Below are positions 15,753 to 25,102 of a DNA stretch of 64,000 nucleotides, in pieces. Each line of letters opens with the position of its first letter. The first letter of the stretch is position 1. The position numbers and the translations under genes were made by a program. This DNA comes from a virus. Where the stretch lies: the IMG/VR virus record IMGVR_UViG_3300017989_000071, positions 1-64,000 of that record. One strand, given 5' to 3'. The notes beneath the pieces are model-generated. The model worked only from the letters and a program-made list of their open reading frames with translations, did no database searches and was not told where the DNA came from.

Positions 15753-17762
15753 TTACGCCGCGAGGAGGTTGTCGATCCAGCACAGGCTGGTCGCCACCTT
15801 CGAGCGGTTCGCGAATTTGACCCGGATTACCTGATCGTGGTCCGGCTCGACTTCGACCGTCACGCCCTCCCACGTATCGTCCACGTCGGAAATGTAGTCG
15901 CTGACGGTATGCTCGGTCAGAGCACCGTCGTCCCATGTGAAGTAGGTCACCTCGATACCGGGCGGGTTGCTCGATCCGTAAGCGGCGTATCCACCCCCCG
16001 CGCTGTTCTTGCGGATCATGGCCGTAACCGCACGCTGACCCGCGCCGAGGGGAATGTCGAAGTAGACCGCCGCGTCGTCGTCGGTCGAATACTGCTCGAT
16101 CCGCGCCGAGTGGTCCAAGCTCAACTTCGTGGAGGGATCGGGTTCGACGTACCCGGCCATCTGGTACAGCTCGGTCGTTTCGTCGTAGGCCGCAACAATC
16201 TGTTTCTCTGCGCCCGGCAGAGCGGTCACCCCGTCGGTGTAGATAAACCGCAAGCGGCTCTCGCTGTCCCGCTGGAGCGTGGTTCCCAAGGCCACGATAT
16301 TGAAGAGCAGAATATCGGTATCGATCAGGGGATCGTCGATGGAGCAGTCGATCAGCATCGCGTCCCCCACCCCCGACCAGCTGATCGTCGCATCCGATGT
16401 CAGAAGCCGCTGAGCGATCTGAAGATTGACGATGGGGACCGGGCCACGGCACCGGCTCGGATCGAGGGACAGCACCACCGCCCCCGCCTCGCCCTCGGCC
16501 ATGTCCACTTGCACGTTGTCGATGCGCAGCTTCTCGGACCCTTGGAAGACCACAATGCCGAATCCGCCGATGAAGAAGGATTCGATGTCGTACAGGTCGA
16601 TGTCGGCGATCCGGTTCTCCACACTCGAAGATGAGCGCGGCATCAAAATCGCCTCGGGGACGAATGCGACACCGCCGCAACCCACGCCCCGGATATTCTC
16701 CCACTCGAAGCCTCGGAAATTTCCGCCGATCACCGAAACCACGCCGAACGTCTGGCTGCCGTAGCCATTGTCCGTCACCACGCAATCGGTGACCTTCAGG
16801 TCGTAGTCGATGGCGGGCAGGCGGTCGAGATAATTGATCGCGGCCAGCCCCGCATCCTGCCCCCGGCAATTCGAGATCGTCAAACCGTCGATGGTATGAT
16901 CGGCGTCCGTCGATCCGAGATTCAGAAGATTCCCGGTCGAGAGCAGACCGTACATCCCGTGCGCCGCGCACTCGTTGAGGAGGAAGCTATCCGCATCCTT
17001 CGTCTCCAGTAGAGCGTGCAACCCGTAGGCATGGCAATTCTGGAGGGTGACGTTATCCGACTCCGGCGCGTTGCCGAGGGAAACCGTATGCCCGCCCGGC
17101 GTACCCGAAAGGGGAAGCCCGAACGCAATGTCGCGGAAGGTCACATAGGAAACCGCCGAGGAAGGTGCCCAAAAATCGTTGTCCTCGTCATTCGTCAGCA
17201 ACAGCGTCGGGACCGTCCGGCCATTCACCGTCTCTTGCGCCGGAGTCCCCCCGCCGGAGTCGTACCACCCACCCGTAATCAGGGCCGGGTTGCCGCTCGA
17301 TCCGCTGAAGGCATCCGTGCCGATCACCCTCCCGGCTGCATCGACCGGGGTAACAACCCGCACGTAACCCGCGCCGGTATCGCTCACGTCCTCGGATTCG
17401 GTCTCGCCGACGTACCGCCCGTAGATCGCGATCCGACCGTTCGCGACGATGGATTGAGACTTGACGATGTAGAGCCGACCGTCGGGACCGATGAGGCCCA
17501 AGCCGTCCACGAAGTCTCCCGGATTTTCGAGATCGGTCGGGACTTCGATATAGCCCTGATCCTTCGTATAGACCGCATTGCCGCCACCCGGCGACTGCGA
17601 CCCGTCGAGCTGGGAACCGAGGATGCGGATTTCGTCCCCCGCCGTGGGCACACCTCCCAACTCCGTCTTGATCTGCGCCCACGTCAGTAGCGGATCGTCC
17701 ACTCCGGTTCCGCCACCGGGCGCGTCCACCCCATTTTCCAAGTCCCAATAGAGCGTTGCCAT
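15753..17762 (-). CDS. Tailspike/receptor-binding-like beta-helix protein, 669 aa
   Basis: Repeated right-handed beta-helix-like strands (VTLQNCH, LTISNCR, LKVTDC); paralogue of the upstream gene. Confidence 0.7.
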   Translation of the reverse strand: MATLYWDLENGVDAPGGGTGVDDPLLTWAQIKTELGGVPTAGDEIRILGSQLDGSQSPGGGNAVYTKDQGYIEVPTDLENPGDFVDGLGLIGPDGRLYIVKSQSIVANGRIAIYGRYVGETESEDVSDTGAGYVRVVTPVDAAGRVIGTDAFSGSSGNPALITGGWYDSGGGTPAQETVNGRTVPTLLLTNDEDNDFWAPSSAVSYVTFRDIAFGLPLSGTPGGHTVSLGNAPESDNVTLQNCHAYGLHALLETKDADSFLLNECAAHGMYGLLSTGNLLNLGSTDADHTIDGLTISNCRGQDAGLAAINYLDRLPAIDYDLKVTDCVVTDNGYGSQTFGVVSVIGGNFRGFEWENIRGVGCGGVAFVPEAILMPRSSSSVENRIADIDLYDIESFFIGGFGIVVFQGSEKLRIDNVQVDMAEGEAGAVVLSLDPSRCRGPVPIVNLQIAQRLLTSDATISWSGVGDAMLIDCSIDDPLIDTDILLFNIVALGTTLQRDSESRLRFIYTDGVTALPGAEKQIVAAYDETTELYQMAGYVEPDPSTKLSLDHSARIEQYSTDDDAAVYFDIPLGAGQRAVTAMIRKNSAGGGYAAYGSSNPPGIEVTYFTWDDGALTEHTVSDYISDVDDTWEGVTVEVEPDHDQVIRVKFANRSKVATSLCWIDNLLAA

Positions 17763-17774
17763 GATCGTCCCTTA

Positions 17775-19844
17775 TTATGCCGCGAGCAGATTATCGATCC
17801 AGCACAGGCTGGTCGGCACCTTGGAACGGTTCGCGAATTTGACCCGCACGATCTGATCGTGATCGGGATCGACCACCGCCGTCACCGTCTCCCACGAATC
17901 GTCCACATCGGACATGTAGTCGCTGACCACGTTCTCGGTCAAGGCACCGCCATCCCATGTGTAGTAGGTCACCTCGATACCGGGGAGGTTGCTCGACCCG
18001 TAAGGCGCATAGCCGCCACCCCCGCCATTCTTGCGGACCGAAGCGGTGATCGCCCGCTGCCCCGCCGGAAGCGGAATCAGAAACACCACCGGAGTATCGT
18101 CGTCCGCCGAAATCTGATTGATGCGGGTGGACTGAACGAGGCTCACCTTCGTCCCGGCATCCGGCTCCACGTACCCGACCAACTGCGCCTCGCCGGTCGG
18201 GCCGTTGAACCCGGAAACGATCTGCTTCTCGTTCTCGGGCAGCTGCGAAGTCGGGTTGGTATAGAGGAAGCGCATCCGGTTCGGCGCATCGCGTTTGATG
18301 AGGGAAGCAAAGTTGAATTGGGGAGGAAGAGTAAGAATCGTGACATCGGTGCCGATCACCGGATCGGTGATCGAGCAGTCGATCAGCATCATGTCGCCCA
18401 CACCGTCCCACATGATGTTCGTCGGGGTTCCGGGAACGCGCTGACCGAGCGTCACATCGACCACGGGGATCGGCTTGGGATCGCCGCGATCCGGGTCGAA
18501 GGAGATGAACAGGGGGGCACCCGTCGCGCCCTCAATCGTGTCGATCTCGATATTATCCATTCGGAAGCGTTCGCACGACTCCCGAATCCAGACAACCATC
18601 GTTCCGAGCAGGGGATTGTCGTTGCCGCCGAGGATGTCCACGTCGCGAATGTAATTCTCGGTCAGGGCCGAATCCGCGAGCGGGCTGAAAATCGAAGTCA
18701 CCTGAATATCCGGGCCGTAGATGCCAAAAGTCGCGTCCGTCGGGCAGACCATCGTAACCCCGTCGATAGCAAGACCGCGAGCGACGCCCGAGGTTTTGAT
18801 ATAGCCGAAGCCGAAGTTGCCGCCGCCGATCACACCGTTGGAGCTGCAATACACGTCCGAGATCACGATGTCCTCGAAGTAGGACGACTGCGAGGAATCC
18901 CCAAGCGCGACGAGGTAGCCGTTCTGCGCCCGGCAATTCGTAATCGTCAGGCCGCAAATCCATTGCGGGTTCGTGGTGTAGGACTCCTCGGGATACACGT
19001 CGATCATCGAGCCGCTGCTCCCGTTGGGATTACCCTGCCGGGAGCACTCGGTCAACGAGAACTGATCGGTCGCATGGGCGAAGATCAGAGCCTTCGTATC
19101 CTTGGCGTGGCAGTTATGCAGGATGATGTTCGAGGTGGGCACCACGTCTTCGTTCGTCCGCAGGTGAACCAGCGCACCCTCGGCGGTCAGGCCGCCATCC
19201 GGGAAATACCCGATATTCCGGAAGGTGACATAGGAGCTCTCGTCGCTCGGAATCCAGAACGAGTCGTCCACGTCCGCCGCGTCGATCAGGGTCGGGACGA
19301 TGCGCCCGTTCACGGTCTCCTGCGCCGGAGAGCCGCCGTTGTTGTACCACCCGCCCGTAATCGTAACCGGGCTGCCGTCGGAGCCGTTGATCGGATCGGT
19401 GCCGATGTCGCGCCCGGATGTCTGGACCACCTGCAACCGGCGAACCACACCCGCACCCGTATCGGTCACATCCTCGGACACCGTGGCCCCTTGGTACAGG
19501 CCGTAGATCGTGATCTCGCCGCTGGCAACGATGTCCTGATCGTAAACCCGGTACAGCCGACCGTCGGGTCCGATGATCGCCATATCCTCATCGTAGAGCG
19601 TCGGGTTGGTCAGGTCGTTCGGAACCTGAATGACAGCGGAGCCTTGGGTATAGACCGCATTGCCGCCGCCGTTGGAATTGTCGCCCTGAATCTGGGGAGA
19701 CATGATGCGGATTTCGTCGCCGGGTCCGGGCACACCCCCCAACTCGGTCTTGATCTGTGCCCACGTCAGAAGCGGATCGGCGGGGGTCGTCCCACCCGCA
19801 GGCGCATCCACTCCGTTTTCCAAATCCCAATATAGAATCGACAT
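17775..19844 (-). CDS. Tailspike/receptor-binding-like beta-helix protein, 689 aa
   Basis: N- and C-termini near-identical to 15753-17762 (LYWDLENGVDAP; RVKFANRSKVxTSLCWIDNLLAA); divergent core. Confidence 0.7.
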   Translation of the reverse strand: MSILYWDLENGVDAPAGGTTPADPLLTWAQIKTELGGVPGPGDEIRIMSPQIQGDNSNGGGNAVYTQGSAVIQVPNDLTNPTLYDEDMAIIGPDGRLYRVYDQDIVASGEITIYGLYQGATVSEDVTDTGAGVVRRLQVVQTSGRDIGTDPINGSDGSPVTITGGWYNNGGSPAQETVNGRIVPTLIDAADVDDSFWIPSDESSYVTFRNIGYFPDGGLTAEGALVHLRTNEDVVPTSNIILHNCHAKDTKALIFAHATDQFSLTECSRQGNPNGSSGSMIDVYPEESYTTNPQWICGLTITNCRAQNGYLVALGDSSQSSYFEDIVISDVYCSSNGVIGGGNFGFGYIKTSGVARGLAIDGVTMVCPTDATFGIYGPDIQVTSIFSPLADSALTENYIRDVDILGGNDNPLLGTMVVWIRESCERFRMDNIEIDTIEGATGAPLFISFDPDRGDPKPIPVVDVTLGQRVPGTPTNIMWDGVGDMMLIDCSITDPVIGTDVTILTLPPQFNFASLIKRDAPNRMRFLYTNPTSQLPENEKQIVSGFNGPTGEAQLVGYVEPDAGTKVSLVQSTRINQISADDDTPVVFLIPLPAGQRAITASVRKNGGGGGYAPYGSSNLPGIEVTYYTWDGGALTENVVSDYMSDVDDSWETVTAVVDPDHDQIVRVKFANRSKVPTSLCWIDNLLAA

Positions 19845-19859
19845 CTTGCTCTCCGTTCG

Positions 19860-21581
19860 TTAGGGCGTACACCCATTGACGAGGGTGAAGTTGATCCGGC
19901 CCGAGAGCCGCGATCCTTTGGTCTGTTCTCCCTTGGCAACCGCCCGGTAGGTTCCACTAGGCGGGCAAACCACGGTGTAGGTATCGCTGGCCGATGGAAC
20001 GGAGAAATCGCTATCCACCGGCTCGACTTTGAAACTGTACTGAATCGGCGATCCGCCGAAGCACTCGGTCGATCCCGCTCCCACGGTCAACTCCAGACCC
20101 GGATCGCTCGCACCGTCCACATAGCAGCTCCGCACTTCGTACCCCTCGTTCAGCGGATCGGGGTAGCAGCGCGTCACGCTCCCTGCATTCGTGGTGATCG
20201 ACTCGATCCACACCTCTTGGGGAATATCGTCGCAGGGGATCACCGCCTGATCGAGCACGATGTCCCGATAGTAGGCTCCACCCGACGCCAAGGCCGGATC
20301 GAGGAGCTGGTCGATCTGCCCGAACCGGCTCCCATCGAAATTGATGAAGCGGATATTGATCGTGTCCCACGGCGGCCCGCTGATCGGGGGGTCGATGCAG
20401 AAGCCCGTCGTCGTCACCGCGTACAGCCCGTAGCTGTACGGATTGCGGGGATGCTCCGGGGCGAGGTAGGAAACGTAGGTCTCCGCATTCACCCGCCAGT
20501 GCATCACATCGTCGGCCTCTTCGTCCCGCCACGTCAGCATGACCAAGTTATCGCTGAAGGCTGGAGAGATGCCGTCCTCGTCCACTACCAACCCCCACAG
20601 GAAATACTCTTGGGGATAGTCCACCTCGGAATCGCATCCGCGAACCCAGCGGGCCGTGAACGAGCTCTCGGTCGTCTGGTAGGGCATCCCGTAGGTTCCC
20701 GCTCCCGAACCGACCGCCGGGTAGCCGAAAATGTCGTCGCCCTCCACCCGCAGGTTCAGGCTCCCCCCACCCCATTGATCCGTATCGTAGGCGGTGAGAT
20801 CGAGCCACCCGTCGATCTGGCAGAGACCGATCAGATTCAGCGATCCCGTCCCGTCCCCGGCCACCGAGAGGTACGCCGAGGGGAACGTCGCGTGCGGCCC
20901 GTCACCGAACGCGGACCCTCGGGTGATCGAGTAGTCCGGACTCGCGGCGGTTCCGCCTCGCCAGAAGGTAACCGTCTCGTAGGCCGTCGGACCGTCCAGC
21001 GAGGGGTAGTCGGGATTGCTCCCGGTTATAAACATGCCCGAGTCGAAGCGGATCACCTTCCCCGCCAGCACCGCTTCGCAGGTGCCTTCTTCGAGGATGA
21101 TGTCCGGCTGAACCGGAAGCGTGATCCCAAACCCGGCCAACGGGAAGTCCCCGTCGGCGAACAGATCAGTCTCCACCGAGTACGTCGCACCGTCCGAGGA
21201 TCGCACCGAAGAGATTTCAAGGTGCATCGCCTCTCCGCTCCACTCCCGCTGACAAAGCAGGCCGGTGTCGATGCGGAACGAGTACGCCGATCCCGTCCAG
21301 TAGTAATCCAGCGCATCGTCGGCGAGGGTGTAGGTCTCGCCGGGGTAACCGATGAGCCAGAGCGTCGCCTCGAAGGTGTCACCGGTCCCAATGTTCGGTC
21401 GGGCACCCGAGGAAGGCAAACCCGCTCCCGCCTCATCCGCCGTCCAGTAACGCACCGGGCCGTCGTAGACGATCCGCGCATCGGGAAAGGGGCAGGCGTT
21501 GGCGCAGATCACCGTCATGCAAAGCGCAAACCCGGTCATTGCCAGCGCGATAATCAGCCATGTAATCCGTTTCGGGAGCAC
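19860..21581 (-). CDS. Large exported beta-rich protein with signal peptide, 573 aa
   Basis: Basic N-terminus plus hydrophobic ITWLIIALAMTGFALCMTVICANA; acidic and Cys/Gly/Tyr-rich body. Confidence 0.7.
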   Translation of the reverse strand: MLPKRITWLIIALAMTGFALCMTVICANACPFPDARIVYDGPVRYWTADEAGAGLPSSGARPNIGTGDTFEATLWLIGYPGETYTLADDALDYYWTGSAYSFRIDTGLLCQREWSGEAMHLEISSVRSSDGATYSVETDLFADGDFPLAGFGITLPVQPDIILEEGTCEAVLAGKVIRFDSGMFITGSNPDYPSLDGPTAYETVTFWRGGTAASPDYSITRGSAFGDGPHATFPSAYLSVAGDGTGSLNLIGLCQIDGWLDLTAYDTDQWGGGSLNLRVEGDDIFGYPAVGSGAGTYGMPYQTTESSFTARWVRGCDSEVDYPQEYFLWGLVVDEDGISPAFSDNLVMLTWRDEEADDVMHWRVNAETYVSYLAPEHPRNPYSYGLYAVTTTGFCIDPPISGPPWDTINIRFINFDGSRFGQIDQLLDPALASGGAYYRDIVLDQAVIPCDDIPQEVWIESITTNAGSVTRCYPDPLNEGYEVRSCYVDGASDPGLELTVGAGSTECFGGSPIQYSFKVEPVDSDFSVPSASDTYTVVCPPSGTYRAVAKGEQTKGSRLSGRINFTLVNGCTP

Positions 21582-21582
21582 G

Positions 21583-21951
21583 TCACCTCTTCCGCTTCGC
21601 CTTCGTCTTCATCTTCGACTTGGCCTCGGTTTTCGGTTTGCCCGGATTCACGAGGAACGACCCGCCGATCTGCTTGCTCACCTGAGCGTTCAATTCGGCA
21701 ATCGCGTCGATCTGCTCTTCGGTCAGATCGTAGGCCACGTGATCGGTACAACGCAGTTTCTCCACGCACTCGTGCCAGATCGCTTCTTCGATCAGGGCGT
21801 CCGGGAGATCGCGGTCGTAGGAAATGACCTCCTTCACCACATCGATCATCGCGTAGCAGGGCGTGCCGTCTTCCCGCTGGAGCCGCTGGACACCCTTCAG
21901 GGCGAACCACTGGTTGCCGAGCTGAAGGCGCGTCTTCTTCAGGCGAGCCAT
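21583..21951 (-). CDS. Small zincin-like protein (HECVE in place of HExxH)
   Basis: IEEAIWHECVE...TEEQIDAIA pattern; basic C-terminal tail. Confidence 0.55.
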   Translation of the reverse strand: MARLKKTRLQLGNQWFALKGVQRLQREDGTPCYAMIDVVKEVISYDRDLPDALIEEAIWHECVEKLRCTDHVAYDLTEEQIDAIAELNAQVSKQIGGSFLVNPGKPKTEAKSKMKTKAKRKR

Positions 21952-21952
21952 C

Positions 21953-22216
21953 TCAGACCTCGATCCGGTAGACGGGGACAAAGCGGCGAATCCCATCCCG
22001 GCTGTTTCGGGGCACCCGCTCGCAGCGCAGCACCCCGGCCTCTTCGCACATATCGAGCAGCTTGCGAACCTTGTACTCGGTCAGCCCGAGACCTCGCATC
22101 AACTGCTTCATCGTCAGACCCCGCGATTCGCCCTCGCGGTAGTATTCGTCTTCGAGCTCTTGCAGGTATCCGGCCAACTGCTCGACCGTGAGCTCGCCAT
22201 CCGGTTTCTTCGGCAT
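21953..22216 (-). CDS. Winged-helix DNA-binding protein
   Basis: LTMKQLMRGLGLTEYKVRKLL HTH plus beta wing ending VPVYRI. Confidence 0.65.
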   Translation of the reverse strand: MPKKPDGELTVEQLAGYLQELEDEYYREGESRGLTMKQLMRGLGLTEYKVRKLLDMCEEAGVLRCERVPRNSRDGIRRFVPVYRIEV

Positions 22217-22217
22217 G

Positions 22218-23036
22218 TCACCTCCCCACCTTGTAGATTTTCGGCTGCTTCGGGGCGTAGGTGCGCTTCCGCACCGTAAACGTCCCGTCGTCGAAAATCC
22301 GGATCAGGACGCCCCCCAACTGCGAGACCGACATCGGAGCCTTCTTGTAGACCCATCCCGTCTTGACCTGCCATGCCGGAAGCGTCACCAGTGCCCGACC
22401 TCCCTCCAGCTCGGTAAACGTGTACCGGTGCCGGTGAGATCGAACCTGAAGATCGGGCTGCTTCCACCCCACCCGTCCGTACTCGATGGACTGTGCGGTG
22501 AGCTGCCCTTGGGGAGCCGAGACATCGGTGTGGGGCTGGCCCGTCCCGATGTGGTGGGTGAAGTGAATATGCACCCCACCCACTTCGAGGTTCAACTCGT
22601 AGAAACTGTTCGATCCGGTTTCCTCGTTCAACCGCGCCCCGAGGTGCCAAGCGAGGAAGTCTTCATCCTTCCCTTCGTCACCCACATGGGAGTCGGTGCC
22701 ACGAACCACGAAGAATGCCTTCGCCTTCTCGGCCAGCGGTCGGATCACCGCATCGACCATCTTGACGTGATCCTTCGTGTTCGTCGAGATCAGCTGGGTC
22801 TTCCGATGATGGACTCCCTCGATCAGGTCGCCGTTGGTAACGAGCGTGTAGGGCTGACCCTCCAACTCCTTCGGCAACCACTTCGTGTTGAAGTCTCGCC
22901 AGCATCGGTTGATCCACTGCTGAATCTTATTGGGCCGGTATCGTCCTCCATCATCCAATCGGAACTCGGGGCACAAGGCTGTCACCGAGCCAAGATGAAG
23001 GTCCGAGATGACCAGCACATTCTCTGTGACTTTCAT
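22218..23036 (-). CDS. Calcineurin-like metallophosphoesterase
   Basis: SDLH, NGDLIEG, RGTDSH, HH and SHRH motifs. Confidence 0.85.
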   Translation of the reverse strand: MKVTENVLVISDLHLGSVTALCPEFRLDDGGRYRPNKIQQWINRCWRDFNTKWLPKELEGQPYTLVTNGDLIEGVHHRKTQLISTNTKDHVKMVDAVIRPLAEKAKAFFVVRGTDSHVGDEGKDEDFLAWHLGARLNEETGSNSFYELNLEVGGVHIHFTHHIGTGQPHTDVSAPQGQLTAQSIEYGRVGWKQPDLQVRSHRHRYTFTELEGGRALVTLPAWQVKTGWVYKKAPMSVSQLGGVLIRIFDDGTFTVRKRTYAPKQPKIYKVGR

Positions 23037-23039
23037 GCA

Positions 23040-23300
23040 ACGTCCTCTCCGTCAAATTGGCGAAGACCGACATTGCTCTACCATCATCGGGGGTAGGCCC
23101 GAGCCGCCACGGTGCGCAACGGTTAATTGCCCGATCTGTTTGGAGGAAAGGATGCGCGGGCGGCTCGGGCATTGGGCAGCGAAAAAAGGGGCCATCCTCC
23201 CGTCGCCGGTTGGCGGCCCGAATACACACACTTGCTGGTTTGGGATCGTCGATAGGCTTCGCCCAATCGCGCTGTTCCGTACCTCAGCGCGTCGGGCTTA
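23040..23300 (-). ncRNA. Candidate multi-helix structured RNA / late-operon leader
   Basis: 12-bp perfect IR gcccgagccgcc (23097-23108)/ggcggctcgggc (23159-23170), further helices gcgctg/cagcgc, attgggc/gcccaat, ctacc/ggtag, and a T6 run. Confidence 0.4.
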
Positions 23301-23480
23301 CTCTACTAAAGACAAATTTGCCGTAAATGTAGTGCGTAAACGCTAGAATACTAGCGATACCGAACGCCTCCGGAAATGGCCTATCCGAATATGCCCTTCC
23401 CGCGTTTCGTAGTAGTATTAACGTCTTACTTAATCCATTGTATACAATCGTCGGATTTTCCTTACCGGCATTATCGATTC
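23300..23480. promoter_or_regulatory. AT-rich control region at the accessory/late junction
   Basis: Marked drop in GC; palindromes cgctag-aata-ctagcg (23341-23356) and attgtatacaat (23437-23448). Confidence 0.5.
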
Positions 23481-23618
23481 GGCTTCCTCCCCCGAATCGA
23501 GTCGATCCCCGATCCGGGCACAGTAAGGCTCCCCACCGAATCGCCAACGATGGGGAGCCTGTCGGGAGGTTGGCGGCTTACGGAAAACCGCCTCGAAAAA
23601 CTCTATCCTTCGGTATCG

Positions 23619-24002
23619 TCAATGGCTGTAATGCGCCGTCATCACCCATCCCGTTTCCGTTTCTCGCGGGTCCATCCCGAACACCTCCATCATCGGTTTC
23701 AGGGCATCCTTCCAATCGAGATTCACCTTGGGAATCGAGACCACCTTATGCCCCCAATCCACCACCTCCCGACTCGCCTCAACCACGAAGGCCAACCCGC
23801 AGTCTTCCTCCTCATCGTCGGCCCCTGACCACTGGTGACGCACTCCCCTTGCGAGGGCTTGCTCGATCCGGTTTCCGATCCCCTCCTCATACTCCGCTTC
23901 GCTGAAGCAGGCCACACCCCACTCCTCCAGTTTTTCGGTCGCCACTTCTGGCGGTACGATGAACCCATACCCGATGCTGGCATCCACGCACATCCCCATC
24001 AT
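23619..24002 (-). CDS. Hypothetical acidic protein
   Basis: AAGGA RBS; last gene of the accessory block. Confidence 0.7.
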   Translation of the reverse strand: MMGMCVDASIGYGFIVPPEVATEKLEEWGVACFSEAEYEEGIGNRIEQALARGVRHQWSGADDEEEDCGLAFVVEASREVVDWGHKVVSIPKVNLDWKDALKPMMEVFGMDPRETETGWVMTAHYSH

Positions 24003-24059
24003 TCCGTCCTTTCATCCTTCCTCACCTGATCGTCATCGGACTCGATCTTGATCCCCACC

Positions 24060-24419
24060 TCACGCCTCCCACATCGACGGATGGCAATCACGGACCGAGT
24101 GGAACCATGCTTCAATCGCGGCGAGCCACAGGTCGGGATCGTGCTCGCTCCAAATCTCGATTCGTCCCCTGCGATAGTCCACCTTTCCCCCCGGATGATA
24201 CACGTCCCCCACGATTGAGGAATTGCCATCGTCCGTCGCGAAGAACCCACCCTGTTCGGGGGGCACCTGTAGGGAGAGCGAGCCGGGCCGAATCTCACCC
24301 CCCACCTCGGCAATCAGATAGCGCAACTCCGGTCTCCCTAGAATCCCATCCACCTTACCCTTCTCGACAAGCCGAACGCCGCACCACCCCCGCAGATAAT
24401 TTCTCGTTGTTCGGTCCAT
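24060..24419 (-). CDS. Stand-alone copy of a virion PGS...DDG...GxVDY module
   Basis: EIRPGSLSL...TDDGNSSI...GGKVDYRRGRIEI parallels the module in 5471-6142 and 6376-6996. Confidence 0.55.
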   Translation of the reverse strand: MDRTTRNYLRGWCGVRLVEKGKVDGILGRPELRYLIAEVGGEIRPGSLSLQVPPEQGGFFATDDGNSSIVGDVYHPGGKVDYRRGRIEIWSEHDPDLWLAAIEAWFHSVRDCHPSMWEA

Positions 24420-24434
24420 CTCACCCTTCTCCTT

Positions 24435-24701
24435 TTAGCCATCTCCCGTGATCCGCATGACCTGCTCCTTGATCGACTGATCCACCTCCGTCGGGGTAGG
24501 CCGAACCGGGAACGATCCCTCCTCCCCATGCAGGAAGATCGCGGCCTTGCAATCGCGAAACCGATCCTTCTCCCTCAGCGTCGTCGGGATGTCTTCCGCC
24601 GGGTAGTACCGCGTAACCGCCTTGATCTGCGTCGGGTCGAAAAACTGCCCGTCCACCTCCACCGTCAGGTAGACCGGCGGGCCTGTCAAATAGGTATACA
24701 T
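24435..24701 (-). CDS. Hypothetical protein (FlbD-like pattern)
   Basis: FFDPTQIKAV...IFL...PTPTEV. Confidence 0.6.
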   Translation of the reverse strand: MYTYLTGPPVYLTVEVDGQFFDPTQIKAVTRYYPAEDIPTTLREKDRFRDCKAAIFLHGEEGSFPVRPTPTEVDQSIKEQVMRITGDG

Positions 24702-24730
24702 ACCTTCTCCTTATTCATACTCCTCGTCTC

Positions 24731-25102
24731 CTATCCGTTATCCGGCTCTCCATAAACCGCGATCCGATCTTCCACCGAATCAATCGCGGATCGAATGAGC
24801 TGTTCCCGGAGCTCCGCCCCGTCCGTCCGGTTCGGATACGTGCATCCCAGCTCCCGCTTGATCTCGCGGATCACTTTCGCAAACATCCGGGCATCCACAA
24901 CCGCCTCGTCAAGTCTGCCTTGCGTCTCCAAACGCCGCACGATCTCCGCCCCCTTCGCGGCGGACTCTTCCCATCGCTTCGGGTCCATCCCATCACTCAT
25001 CGCTCTTCTCCCGTTCACACACATGTTATTGCACCCCACCGCGAGCTGAATCAGCTCCCGCTCCTGTTTCCGCGTAATCCTGACCATCGACGCCTTGCTC
25101 AT
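24731..25102 (-). CDS. Hypothetical helical protein
   Basis: Tightly packed minus-strand ORF. Confidence 0.65.
   Translation of the reverse strand: MSKASMVRITRKQERELIQLAVGCNNMCVNGRRAMSDGMDPKRWEESAAKGAEIVRRLETQGRLDEAVVDARMFAKVIREIKRELGCTYPNRTDGAELREQLIRSAIDSVEDRIAVYGEPDNG

Noticed and set aside
15753-19844. Diversity-generating retroelement acting on tail proteins
   Set aside because: No reverse transcriptase in the window, and the paralogue differences are not adenine-specific TR/VR pairs.
572-21827. Long plus-strand ORFs (572-2452, 9148-12012, 17859-19835, 20217-21827 and others) and 15103-16971 on minus
   Set aside because: They are antisense or off-frame shadows of real genes, caused by high-GC codon bias; they are Arg/Pro-rich with no RBS or recognisable motifs.
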